Assembly: GCA_030390025.1 (NCBI GenBank)
Contig: JASTWF010000033.1
Location: 6,326,001 to 6,390,000 of the forward strand
Origin: Squalus acanthias
Lineage: Eukaryota
Direction of reading: 5' to 3'
DNA: 64,000 bases
Shown here: piece by piece, positions 21,590 through 34,200 of the stretch
How positions within the stretch are numbered: position 1 is the first letter of the stretch
Layout of the letters: every line of letters starts with the position of its first letter
The notes under the pieces: generated by a model
What the model was told of the DNA's origin: nothing
The model's input: the letters and a program-made list of their open reading frames with translations, nothing else
Databases searched by the model: none
Position numbers and translations under genes: made by a program

Positions 21590-22822
21590 TCAAAGGAAAC
21601 TTAACAAATCAAATTAAAATTTGGTAGTCCGGGGTGACGATGCACTCCAGCCCCCGCGGCGCCCACCTGTCGCGGAAAAACTCAAGCGTGCCAGCGGACA
21701 CCGCGTGCTCCATCTCCAGGGCCACCTGGGCGCGAACATGGCCGCGGAAGAGAGGCAGGCAATCGGGCCGAACGACCCCCTCGACCGCCCGCTGCCTGGA
21801 CCAATTAATGGCTTTCTTAGCCAGGCCCAGGAGCAGTCCCACGAGGAGGTCCTCCGACCTGCCCGCTCCCCTCCGCACCGGGTGACCATAGATCAGCAGC
21901 GTGGGGCTGAAGTGCAACCAGAAATTGAGGAGCAGCCCCTTCAGGTAATGAAAGAGGGGCTGCAACCTCTCACACTCTATATATACGTGAAATACGGACT
22001 CCTCCAGGCCGCAGAAATGGCAAGCGGCCTGGGAGTCCATAAACCTACTTAATAACCTATTGCACGGGACTGCTCCGTGCAACACCCTCCAGGCCAAGTT
22101 CCCAATAGAACAAGGGAAGACTCCCTCGTAGAGAGCCCTCCATTGGGGACCTTCGCCTCCGCCGGACGGCAAGATGGTACGCCAAGGCGTGTCCGGACGG
22201 CAGACGAAGATGGCAAAGTGGAGAGTGTGCAGGAGCAGCCCGTACAGGAAACGCTTCCGTGCGGGTTAAAAGGGCACGGAGGGCATTTCTCCGAGAAGGC
22301 TCAAGTGGTGAGGCGGCGGCTCCCGAGGGAGGATTCGGGGCCGGGCGCCGATAAGGAATTCCGTCCGAACGGGGGTCAGCTCGGACGGGATCGCCCCACT
22401 AGCTTGAGCCTCCTCGATACACCTAGTGGAGTCGGGGCCCAATGCCACTTTTAGCGACTCGATGGCTTGGACCGTGAGCCGGACGTTGATCCAACCCATG
22501 CACCTCGCCAACTCCTCCGGCGCCATCCAGCCCACTCCTCAGCCATCGAGCAGGTCCCCGACTCCAGTCACCTTACCGGGTACAGCCCTACCATCCGCCA
22601 GCCGACCGAACCCGCGGTCGAGGAGGTGCGGATTCCTGAGCAGCGGCTCCCGAAGGACGGCCGCCGCTCCTGACGGGGGAGAACTGCGCCTGGAGGCGAC
22701 TCTGTTCCAAACCCATAGCAGTTCCTGGTAGAAGACAGGCAGCTCCTGCAGGCTGGCACGCGTGCCGCCCACGCACACAAACAGGAGCTGCGTGTCTTAA
22801 TTGAGGCCGTACAGCTGGCGGA
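21590..22822 (-). mobile_element. L1/Tx1-clade LINE 3' fragment (zf-RVT region)
   Basis: GC-rich block; WRVLHGAVPCNRLLSRF...CHFCGLEESVFHVYIECERL zinc-binding motif typical of Tx1/L1 ORF2 C-termini. Confidence 0.85.
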
Positions 22823-24452
22823 AGTTTTACACTTCTTAAACCAACAGAATCCCAAATAGTTAACTTTTCCCCTTCACTTAAGCTGCTTATGTACTCTTAT
22901 CAAGAATGATTTAAAGAGAACTAACAATTAAAGAACTACTCACACTTACCCTAACTTAGCACTCTCTGCTGACTTGCACTCAGTAGATGCATTGCTGCTC
23001 ATCTTTCACAATTCTGTAGGTTCTGCAACAGTTCCCATGGATTGGAGCATAGCTAATGTAACCCCACTATTTAAAAAAGGTGGTAGAGTAAAACGGGGAA
23101 CTATAAACCGGTAAGACAGGATCGGACAAAGTCAACATGGATTTACAAAAGGAAAATCATGGCTGACTAATCTACTGCAATTTTTTGAGGATGTAACTGG
23201 TAGAATAGATAAGGGAGAAATAGTGGATGTGGTGTAATTGGACTTTCAGAAGGCTTTCGATAAGGTCCCGCATAAGAGATTAGCGTGCAAAGTTAAAGCA
23301 GATGGGATTGGGGGTAAGGTACTGATTTGGATAGAGAACTGGTTGACAGACAGGAAGCAAAGATTTGTAATAAACGGGTCTTTTGCCGAGTGGCAGGCAG
23401 AGACTAGTGGGGTACCACAGGGATCAGTGCTAGGACCCCAGCTATTCACAATATATATTGATGATCTAGACGAGGGAACTAGATGTAATATCTCTCAGTT
23501 TGCAGACGACACAAAGCTGGGTGGGCGTGTGTGCTGTGAGGAGGATGCAGAGAAACTCCAGTATGATTTGGACAGTTTGAGTGATTAGGCACTTGCATGG
23601 CAGATGCTGTATAACGTGGATAAATGCGAGGTTATCCACTTTGGTTGCAAAAACAGGAAGACAGATTATTATCTGAACGACAATAGATTGGGAAAAGGGG
23701 AAGTGCAACGTTATCTGGGAGTCCTTGTGCTCCAGTCGCTGAAGGTAAGCATGCAGGTGCAGCAGGCGGATAAGAAGGCAAATGGTATGTTGGCCTTCAT
23801 AGCGAGAGCATTCGAGTACAGGAGCAAGGATGTCTTGCTGCAGTTGTACAAGTTGGTGAGTCACACCTTGAGTATTGTGTGCAGTTTTGGTCACCTTATC
23901 TGAGGAAGGATGTTCTTGCCATGGAGGGAGTGCAGCGAAGATCTACCAGACTGATACCTGGGATGGCAGGAATGAAGTATGAAGAGAAATTGGGTCGATT
24001 AGGCTTATATTCGCTAGAGTTTCGAAGAATGAGAGGGGATCCCATTGAAAATTATAAAATTCTAACAGGACTAGACAGACTAGATTCAGGAAGGATGTTC
24101 CCGATGGCGGGGGAGTCGAGAACCAGGGGTCTCAGTCTAAGCATAAGGGGTAAGCCATTTAGAACTGAGATGAGGAGGAATTTCGATGCTTCTATGTAAC
24201 ATAATGACATTCAGTGCTCATGAACCACAGATTCTCAGGGTGGTGTTGGGGGAAGATGATTAATCAGCACCAAAACTATTAAAGTATTTACAATAACTCT
24301 ACTTAGAGTAAGAATAAGTCAATATAGAGAGGATTTGAATACTGTAGCACTGCTGTCCTGCTGTTTATCTGTCAGTAATTAGTTAACATTTGTTTCTGTT
24401 GGTGCAGTTCAGTAGGAAACAAAGCATTATCAATGCATTTCAACTTATATAT

Positions 24453-26060
24453 GAACATAAGAACATAAGAAATAAGAGCAGGAGTAGCACATTCGGCCCC
24501 TCGAACCAGCTCCGCCATTCAATACAATCATGGCTGATCATCGACCTCAATAGCCGTGTCCTGCCACTGGGATAGAAACATAGAAAACAGGAGCAGGAGC
24601 AGGCCATTCGGCCCCTCGAGCCTGCTCCGCCATTCAATGCGATCATGGCAGATCATCCAAATTCAGTACCCTGTCCCTGCTTTCTCCCCATATCCCTTGA
24701 TCACCTTAGCCTTAAGAAATATAACTAACTCCTTCTTGAATATATTTAATGAATTGGACTCAACTGTCTTCTGTGGTAGAGAATTCCACAGGTTCACCAC
24801 TCTCTGGGTGAAGAAATTCCTCCTCATCTCAAACCTAAATGGCTTACCCCTTATCCTTAGATTGTGACCCCTGGTTCTGGACTCCCCCACCTTCGGGAAC
24901 ATCCTTCCTGCATCTAGTCTGTCTAGTCCTGTTAGAATTTTATAAGTTTCATGAGATCCCCTCTCATTCTTCTAAATTCAAGCGAATACAAGCTCAATCG
25001 ACCCAATCTCCCTTCATACGTCATTCCTGCCATCCCAGGTATCAGTCTGGTGAATCTTCGCTGCACTCTTTCCATGGCAAGAACATCCTTCCTTTGATAA
25101 GGTGACCAAAACTGCACACAATATTCAATGCGTGGTCTCACCAAGGCCCTGTACAACTGCAGCAAGACATATTTGCTCCTGTACTCGAATCCTCTCGCTA
25201 TGAAGGCCTACATACCATTTGCCTCCGTAACCGCCTGCTGCACCTGCATGCTTACCTTCAGCGAGTTGTGCACAAGGACACCCACGTCTCGTTGCACTTC
25301 GCCTTTTCCCAATCTATTGCCATTCAGATAATAATCTGCCTTCCTGCTTTTGCCAAAAAAGTGGATAACCTCGCATTTATTCACATTATACTGCAGCTGC
25401 CGTGCATCTGCCCAATCACCCAACCTGTCTAAATCATACTGGAGTTTCTCTGCAACCTCCTCACAGCACACACGCCCCCCCAGTTGTGTGTCATCTTCAA
25501 ACTTAGAGATATTACATCTAGTTCCCTCTTCTAGATCATTAATATATATTGTGAATAACTGGTAATCTAGCACCGATCCCTGCGGTACCCCACTAGTCAC
25601 TGCCTGCCACTCGGAAAAAGTCCCGTTTATTTCAACTCTCTGCTTCCTGTCTGCCAAGCAGTTTTCTATCCAAGACAGTACCTTACCCCCAATCCCGTGT
25701 GCTTTAACTATGCATGCTAATCTCTTATGCGGGACCTTATTGAAAGCCTTCTGAAATTCCAAATACACTACATCCACTGGTTCTCCCTAATCTATTCTAC
25801 CAGTTGCATCCTCAAAAAATTCCAGTAGATTAGTCAAGCATGATTTAACTTTTGTAAATCCATGTTGACTTTGTCTGATCCTGTCACTGTTTTCCAAGTG
25901 CTCTGCTATTACATCATTTATAATGGACTCTAGCATTGTCCCCACTACCGATGTCAGGCTTACTGGTCTATCATTCCCCATTTTCTCTCTACCACCTTTT
26001 TATAATAGTGGGGTTACATTAGCTACCCTCCAATCCATGGGAGCTGTTCCAGAGTCTATA
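24453..26060 (-). mobile_element. 5'-truncated CR1 with an additional short 3'-tail copy
   Basis: RT ORFs 24663..25981; two tandem tail/stem-loop copies starting at ~24453 and ~24573. Confidence 0.9.
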
Positions 26061-26277
26061 GGTGTTCCACTCCGGTTAGTGACCTACACTCAGTGCAATT
26101 CTACAGTGACAGATACTCCCAGTAATACATGGCCACTGGGGTCAGGTGTTCCACTCCGGTTAGTGACCCACACTCAGTACATTTCACAGTGACAGATACT
26201 CCCAGTAATACATGGCCACTGGGGTCAGGTGTTCCACTCCGGTTCGTGACCCACACTCAGTAGTTCTACAGTGAGAG
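26061..26277. repeat. 83-84-bp tandem repeat, ~2.6 copies
   Basis: GGTGTTCCACTCCGGTT recurs at 26061, 26145 and 26228. Confidence 0.9.
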
Positions 26278-26594
26278 ACCCTTCCACCAATACCTTCTCT
26301 CAGAGAGTTCCTTACACTGAGGTCTGATTCAACAGTACACAATATTACACGAAATTCAACAACTACATAACACAGCGAGCCCGTGAGGTACAAACAGAGT
26401 TTTACTTTCAGTTGAGGCAATGGAATAAAACCTTACATAATTCAGTACATTTGTCTAAACGAAATGTTATCACTGATCGAGTGTCTGTATAACGATGACC
26501 ACTGGGTCAGGATGTAACATTATCAGTAACATAGCAAGATCAGAGATCAGCTCACACACAGATTTACACAAATTCAATGGTTATAATCACTTAC

Positions 26595-26661
26595 CAGGAA
26601 CACCAATGACGGCAATGATCATGTAGTATATTTTCTCCACACTGTCATATGTGTCAAGCAT
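26595..26661 (-). CDS. First coding exon of a GPR139-like class A GPCR (exon 2 not found in window)
   Basis: ATG at 26661 encodes MLDTYDSVEKIYYMIIAVIGVP, then a phase-1 donor G|GTAAGT; TATAAA at 26748-26753. Resembles the TM1 start of chondrichthyan GPR139-like receptors (recognised from memory). Confidence 0.72.
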
Positions 26662-27179
26662 TTTCTGTGTGAAGTGATGTGTCCCTTCGTGCTGCAGGCA
26701 ATCTCTCTGAATTATACTCTGAGGCGGGACATTCCCAGAGCCTTTCATTTATAACCTGCGGGATCTCCACGGGGAGATTGAGGTTGCAACATCGCTGAAA
26801 ATAATGTTTAAAAAAACATTTGAACAAACAGATGATGACAGCCGAGTTAATTCCCTGTTGTGATGGAATATATTTAGGGCTGAGATTATAATTGAAAACC
26901 CCAAAGACCGGTGAATTCTGGTCACATAAATTAACTAATGACAATTGCCAGCTGTATTCTCCCAGCAATGGGGTTGTTGTTTCAAACACCACCAGACCCA
27001 TCTCTAGACCACATATTGTTTCGGTGATGTTCTTCGCTCTGCTGTGGCCATTCAGTAATTAAATTCCAAAAGTGAGAGTGTCCTCTCAGGGCTGCTCTGC
27101 TGCACTCTGGGATGGGGCTGTCCGCCTTAACTGTGGCCATTTAGTTAAACAATGAAAGTGGTGAATTTGTGTCGATGGA

Positions 27180-29027
27180 TCCTCAAACTAATGCAGCCCC
27201 TCATCTAATACAGTACCTCAAACTAATACAGCTCTTCAAACTAATACAGACCCTCACACTAATACAGCACCTCAAACTAATACAGGCCCTCAAACTAATA
27301 AAGACCCTCAAACTAATACAGTACCTCAAACTAATACAGCGCCTCAAACTAATAGAGACCCTCAAATTTATACAGACCCTCAAACTAATACAGCCCCTCA
27401 AACTAATACAGACCCTCAAATTTATACAGACCCTCAAACTAATACAGCCCCTCAAACTAATACAGACCCTAAAACTAATACAGACCCTCAAACTAATACA
27501 GACCCTCAAACTAATACAGTACCTCAAACTAATACAGCTCCTCAAACTAGTACAGATCCTCAAACTAATACAGCACCTCAAACTAATACAGCCCCTCAAA
27601 CTAATACAGACCCTCAAACTAATACATTACCTTAATCTAATACAGCCCCTCAAACTAATACAGCCCCTCAAACTAATACAGCCCCTCAAACTAATACAGA
27701 CCCTCAAACCAATACAGACCATCAAACTAATACAGCTCCTCAAACTAATACAGCCCCTCAAACTAATACAGCCCCTCAAACTAATACATCCCCTCAAAAT
27801 AATACAGCCCCTCAAACTAATACAATACCTCAAACTAATACATACCCTCAAACTAATACAGACACTCAAACTAATACAGACACTCAAACTAATACAGCCC
27901 CTCAAACTAATACAGCCCCTCAAACTAATACAGCTCCTCAAACTAAAAATGCAGCTCAAACTAATACAGCTCCTCAAACTAATACGGAAACTCAAACTTA
28001 TACAGACCCTCAAACTAATACAGCCCCTAAAACTAATACCGTACCTCAAAATAATGCAGATCTCAAAACTGATACAATACATCAAACTAATATGGTAGCT
28101 CAAACTAATACAGCCCCTCATACTAATACAGTACCTCAAATTTATACAATACCTCAAACTAATAGAGCCCCTCAAAATAATACAGCTCCTCACACTAATA
28201 CAATACCTCAAACTAATACAGCCCCTCAAACTAATACAGCCCCTCAAACTAATACAGCTCCTCAAACTAAAACAGCAGCTCAAACTAATACAGCTCCTCA
28301 AACTAATACGGAAACTCAAACTAATACAGCCCCTCAAACTAATACAGCCCCTCAAACTAATACAGCTCCTCAAACTAATACAGTAACTGAAACTAATACA
28401 GCCCCTCAAACTAATACAGCTCCTCAAACTAATACAGCCCCTCAAACTAATACAGACCCACAAACTAATACAGCCCCTCAAACTAATACAGACCCTCAAA
28501 CTAATACAGACCTCTAAACTAATACAGCCCCTCAAACTAATACAGTACCTCAAGCTAATACAGCCTCTCAAACTAATAGAGAACCTCAAATTGATACAGC
28601 CCCTCAATTTAATACAGCCCCTCAAACTTATACAGCTCCTCAAACTAATACAGCCCCTTAAAATAATAAAGACCCTCAAACTAATACAGCCCCTCTTAGT
28701 AATACAGCGCCTCAAACCTATACAGCCCCTCAAACTAATACAACCCCTCAAACTAATACAGACCCTCAAACCTATTCAGCCCCTCAAACTAATACAGCTC
28801 CTCAAACCTATACAGCCCCTCAAACCTATACAGCACATCAAACTAATACAGCCCCTCAAACTAATACAGCCCCTCATACTACTACATCCCCTCAAACCTA
28901 TACAGCCCCTCAAACTAATACAGCCCCTGGAACTAATGCAGCTCCTCAAACTAATACAGCTCCCCAAACTTATGCAGCACATCAAAGTAATGCAGCTCCT
29001 TAAACTAATACAGCACCTCGAACTAGT
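27180..29027. repeat. 18-bp AC-rich minisatellite (consensus CTCAAACTAATACAGCCC)
   Basis: About 100 tandem 18-mers; variation concentrated in the 3 nt after CAG. Confidence 0.97.
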
Positions 29028-29219
29028 AGCCAGACAAGCCCACCACCTCTCTGGTCCAAAATCCAGTAATCTCGTATTCCCACGAAATCACAGTGCATGA
29101 TATCTCTCTTGCCAGACAGGATTAGTTCGTTACCATGCTAACAAGAACTGATTTTACAGATTATTTGAAGAGTTTAACAATGCGAATTCTAAATACATTT
29201 TTAAAAGTCTTGAGTTTAT

Positions 29220-31258
29220 TTCAGGAGGTGGTCACACTGTAGCTTAAGGGTGTGAAGGCAGAGAGGGAATGGGTGACCGCCAGACAGTAAATGAGGACAA
29301 GGCAGGTAGTGCAGGAGTCCCCTGAGTGCATCTCGCTCTCTAACCGGTATTCAGTTCATAATACTGGAGAGGACGATGGTTCATTTGGCGAATGCAGCCA
29401 GAGCCATGTCCAGAGCACCAGGGGTGGCTCAGCTGTGCAGTGGGAGGCGGGGCGGGTGGGGGGAGAAAGATCAGGAAATCAACAGTGATAGGGGATTCAA
29501 TAGGTAGGAGAGTAGAGAAGCGTTTCTGCGGCCACAGACGTGAATCCAGCATGGTATGTTGCCTGCCTTGGGCCAGGGTCAAGGATGTCACTGAGCGGCT
29601 GAAGAACATTCTGAGAGGTGAGTTTGAATAGCCAGAGGTCATTCTCCCTATCGGTACCAATGACATAATTAGAAAGAGGGATGATGTTCTGTAAGCAGAT
29701 TTTAGGGATCTAGGAAAGAGATTAAAATCAGGACCTCAAAGGTAGTCATCTTCGGATTACTCCCGGTGACTGTGCTGGTGAGTATAGAAATAGGAGGATA
29801 GAGCAGATGAATGCGTGGCTGGGGAAATTGTACAGGAGTGAGTGCTTTAGATTACTGGGAAATTGGGACCGGTTCTCGGGGAGGTGGGATCTGTACAGGC
29901 CTGAGAGGTTGCACCTCAACAGAGCTGCAATCAATCGCCTCGACGGTGCGGGGGGGGGGGGGGGGGGGGATTGCTCGTGCTGTTGTGGAGGTTTTAAACT
30001 AATTTGGGAGGGGGTGGGCACCAGGCTGTAGCTTTAGAAAGGAGAAACAAGGTGCACAAAGGATTGGCAGAGACGGATGGCACAAGACTAATAAATAATA
30101 AGGTATTGGCCTAGAAATTCGAGTGGCCAGCTTGCTGCGTGGTAAGGATTGCGCGCGCTCTGACCCACCGCGCCTGCCGTTGTGTTTCGGGTCCACAGCA
30201 ACTTCGGGTCCTGGGCCTCTCCCTGGTGCCGGCGAGCAGTGCTTGCGTGTTCCAGGGACGCAGTTAGTGCGATGCGACCCCTGGGATCACGTGAGCCATG
30301 GAGAGCCAATGGCAGCAGACCAACTTTCAGGAGACCTGTCAAATCTGTGAATTGAAATCGGCCCCAAAAGAACAGCTGAACCTCAAATAAATGTTTAAAA
30401 AAACATCACATTAATAAAATAACTATAGTTAAATAAATTAACCACTTTAAACAAAAATTTAAATTTTTCAAAAAAATTTAAATACTTTTTAAAAGTTATA
30501 AAAATAAACTTACCTTTCTTTAAATTCTCTAAAAAAGATAAACCTGCTGAAATTTTTTTAAAATTATACTGAAATTAACTACTTACCTTGTTCAAAAGTG
30601 GTCTTACGCCTCCTTTTTACTAGCATAGAATCTTCACTACTTACCCTCGCGTTGAAACCTGAAATAAAACCTAAGTGTGCTGCGTGCGCGCAGCCTCTCG
30701 TGTGCACGCGGCTCACCTTGGAAACGCCCCCGATGCCATTCCGGAAGTGCCGTTTCCCGCGCATGCGCAGTGCATGCAGGAAACCGGCATTTCGGGAATG
30801 AATACGGGTGAGTCCACAGTCCGTACTCTCCCGAGAACGGCCGAATTTTTGAGCCATTATGTGGGGTCAGACTAAGAGAATACAATACAGGTTTACAGTG
30901 CATGTGGGTAAATGCATGAAGTGTGATGAATAAGGTTGGTGAGCTGCAGGCGCAAATAGCCACATGGGAATATGATTTCGTGGTGAAAACGGAGACCTGG
31001 CTCAAAAAAGGGCAGGATTGGGTACTAAATATTCCTGGGTAGAAGGTGTTCAGGAAAGAAAAGGAATGGAAGAAAGTAGGAGGTGTGGCAGCATTGATTC
31101 AGGAGAATGTTACAGTGCTGGAGAGAGAGGATGTCCTGGAGGGGTCAAGGACAGAATCTATTTGTTTAGAGTTAAGAACTAATAGAGGTGCCTTTACACA
31201 ACTAGGTGTATTTTATAGAACATCAACTAATGGGAAATATATAGAGAAGCAAACATGC
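29220..31258 (+). mobile_element. Degenerate CR1 (ORF1 esterase to ORF2 endonuclease), interrupted by a MITE
   Basis: VIGDSI...CCLPWARVKDV, WDRFSGRWDLY; decayed endonuclease-start motifs at ~30900-31000. Confidence 0.8.
30108..30855. mobile_element. Non-autonomous TIR element (MITE, Harbinger-like)
   Basis: Imperfect TIRs GGCCTAGAAATTCG / CGAATTTTTGAGCC; 3-bp direct repeat ATT on both sides; AT-rich core; CR1 sequence resumes after it. Confidence 0.6.
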
Positions 31259-34200
31259 TAAACAGCGGAAGCAGCATGTTATAGACACTGCTAAGGGATC
31301 CCACAATCAACGGATCAGAACAAAGCTCTGCAGTCCTGCCACATCCAGTCGTGAATGGTGGTGGACCATTAAACAGCTAACGGGAGGATGAGGCTCCAGG
31401 AATATCCCCAAACACAATTAGTGCAAAAGACAAGACTGAAGCGTTTGCAACCATCTACAGCCAAACGTGCCAAGTGGATGATCCATATCGGCCTCCTTCT
31501 GAGGTTCCCAACATCACAGAAGCCAGTTTTCAGTCAATTGGATTCACTCCACTTGATAACAAGAAAAGGCTGAGCGCACTGGATACAGCAAAGGTTATGG
31601 GCCTGACAACATCCCGGATGTCGTGCTAAAGACTTGTGCTCCAGAACTAGCCGCGACTCTAGCCTAGCTGCTCCAGTACAGCTACAACACTTGCATTTAC
31701 CCGACAATGTGGAAAACTGCCCAGATATGTCATGTCGACAAAAAGCAGGGCAAATCCAATCCGACAAATTACCACCCCATCAGTCCACTGTCAATCATCA
31801 GTAAAATGATGGAAGGTATCATCGACAGTGCTATCAATCGGCACTTACTCTGCAATAAGCTGCTCACCAACGCTCAGTTCAGGTTCCGCCAGGATCAATC
31901 GGCACCAGAACTCATTACAACTTTTGTCCAAACATAGCCAATAGAGCTGAATTCCAGAGGTGAGGTGAGAGTGACTGCCCTTGAAATCAAGGCAGCATTT
32001 GACCGACTATGGCATCAAGGAGCCCCAAGTAAATTGAGGTCAATGGGAATCGGGGGCGGGGGACCGCTCCACTGGCCGGAGACATACCGAGCACAAAGGA
32101 AAATGGTTGTGGTGGTTGAAGGTCATTCATCACCGCCCCAGAACTTCGCTGCAGGAGTTCTTAACGGCAGAGTTATAGGCCCAACCATCTTCAGCTGCTT
32201 CATCAATGGCCTTCCCTCCAACATAAGGTCAGAAATGGGGATGTTCGCTGATGACAGGAAGGAGAAAAGCAAAAGTGGAAGGCAGATAAATCAGGGGAGT
32301 AAATCAAACAGGGCCACAGTAAATAATAATTCTAAAAGGACTAAGAGTGTTAATGCAAGGAGCATTCGTAATAAGATGGATGAATTAGCTGCGCAAATAG
32401 ATGTAAACGGATATGATATAATTGGGATTACGGAGACATGGCTCCAGGATGACCAAGTCTTGGAATTCAACATGCAGGGGTATTCAATATACAGGAAGGA
32501 CAGTAAAAAAGGAAAAGGAGGTGAGGTAGCATTGCTGGTTAAAGAGGAGATTAACACAATAGTAAGGAAGGATATTAGCTCTGATGATGTGGAGTCTGTA
32601 TGGGCAGGGCTGAGAAATACCAAGGGGCAGAAAACGTTAGTGGGAGTTGTATACAGACCCCCAAACAGTAATGCAGAGTTTGGGAATGGCATTAAACGGG
32701 ATATTAGAGACGCGTGCAATAAGGGCACAGCAGTTATCATGGGTGACTTTAATCTACATATAGATTGGGCTAACCAAATTAGTAACAATACTGTGGAGGA
32801 TGAATTCCTAGAGTGTATACGGGATGGTTTCCTGGAACAATATGTCGAAGAACCAACGAGAGATCAGGCCATCTTAGACTGGGTGTTATGTAACGAGAAA
32901 GGATTAATTAGCAATCTTGTTGTTTTTCTGAGTGGCAGGCAGTGACTGGTGGGGTAACGCAGGGATCGGCGCTAGCACCCCAGCTATTCACAATATATAT
33001 AAATGATCTAGACGAGGGAACTAGATGGAATATCTCCAAGTTTGCAGACGACACAAAGCTGGTTGGCCGTGTGTGCTGTGAGGAGGATGCAGAGAAACTC
33101 CAGTATGATTTGGACAGGTTGGGCATTGGGCAGAAGCATTGCAAATGCAGTATAATGTGGATAAATGCGAGATTATCCACTTCGGTGGCAAAAACAGGAA
33201 GACAGATTATTATCTGAGCAGCAATAGATTGGGAAAAGGGGAAGCGCAACGAGACCTGGGTGTCCTTGTGCACCAGGTGCTGAATGTAAGCATGCAGGTG
33301 CAGCAGGCGGTTAAGAAGGCAAATGGTAAGTTGGCCTTCATAGCGAGAGGATTCGAGTACAGGAGCAAGGATGACTTGCTGCAGTTGTACAGGGCCTTGG
33401 TGGGACCACACCTTGAGTATTGTGTGCAGTTTTGATCAACTTATCTGAGGAAGGGTGTTGTTGCCATGGAGAGAGTGCAGCGATGATTCACCAGACTGAT
33501 ACCTGGGATGGCAGGAATGACGTATGAGTAGAGATTGGGTCGATTCGGCTTATATTCAGTAGAGTTTAGAAGAATGAGAGGGGATCTCATTGAAACTTAT
33601 AATATTCTAACAGGACTAGACAGACTAGATGCAGGAAGTATGTTCCCGATGGCGGGGTAGTCCAGAACCAGGGGTCACAGTCTAAGGATATGTGGTAAGC
33701 CATTTAGGACAGAGCTGAGGAGGAATTTCTTCACCCAGAGAGTGGTGAACCTGTGCAATTCTCTGCTACACAAGGCAGTTGAGGCCAATTCATTACATAT
33801 ATTCAAGAAGGAGTTAAATATATTTCTTAAGGCTATGGGGATCAAGGAATATGGGGAGAAAGCAGGGACAGGGTACTGAATTTGGATGATCAGCCATCAT
33901 CTCATTGAATGGCGGAACAGGCTCGAGTGGACGAATGGCCTACTCCTGCTCCTATCTTTTATGTTTCTATATTTCTATGTTTCTATGTCTGCACAGTGTT
34001 CAGCGCCATTCACAACTCCTCAGATAATGAATCAGTCCATGCCCGCATGCTACAAGACCTGGACAACGTTTGGTCTTTTGCTGATAAGTGGCAGGTAACA
34101 ATCGCACCACCGAAATGCCAGGCAATGACTATCTCCAACAAGTTAGAGTCTAACTACCTCCCTTTGACATTCAACGGCATTACCATCGCCGAATCCCCCA

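Larger units (their letters stand above)
15287..22981 (-). mobile_element. Near full-length CR1 LINE (5'UTR, ORF1, ORF2, 3' tail), interrupted by a solo LTR and a Tx1 fragment
   Basis: Tail (TTCTTATG)n at 15287-15305; ORF2 EN/RT pieces 17313-20138; ORF1 20202-21119; 5'UTR motif CTCACACTTACCC.AACT.AGCACTCTCTGCTGACTTGCACTC at ~21351 and ~22939; short AGTA direct repeat at the junctions. Confidence 0.9.
14790..24200 (+). mobile_element. Outer CR1 ORF2 split into pieces (~14790-14855, ~15195-15288, 22982-24200) by nested insertions
   Basis: Reading ...PDNLHPRVLKEVAVEIV stops at ~15288 and resumes VDALLLIFHNSV at 22983; RT motifs in ORFs 23238..24199. Confidence 0.85.

Noticed and set aside
27169..29100. 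LKLIQP / QTNTAP / CISLRG repeat proteins
   Set aside because: Translations of a minisatellite open on both strands; no gene structure.
31965..32945. 326-aa RT-then-endonuclease fusion ORF as a novel domain order
   Set aside because: Chance in-frame junction from a CR1 inserted at the FADD motif of another LINE.
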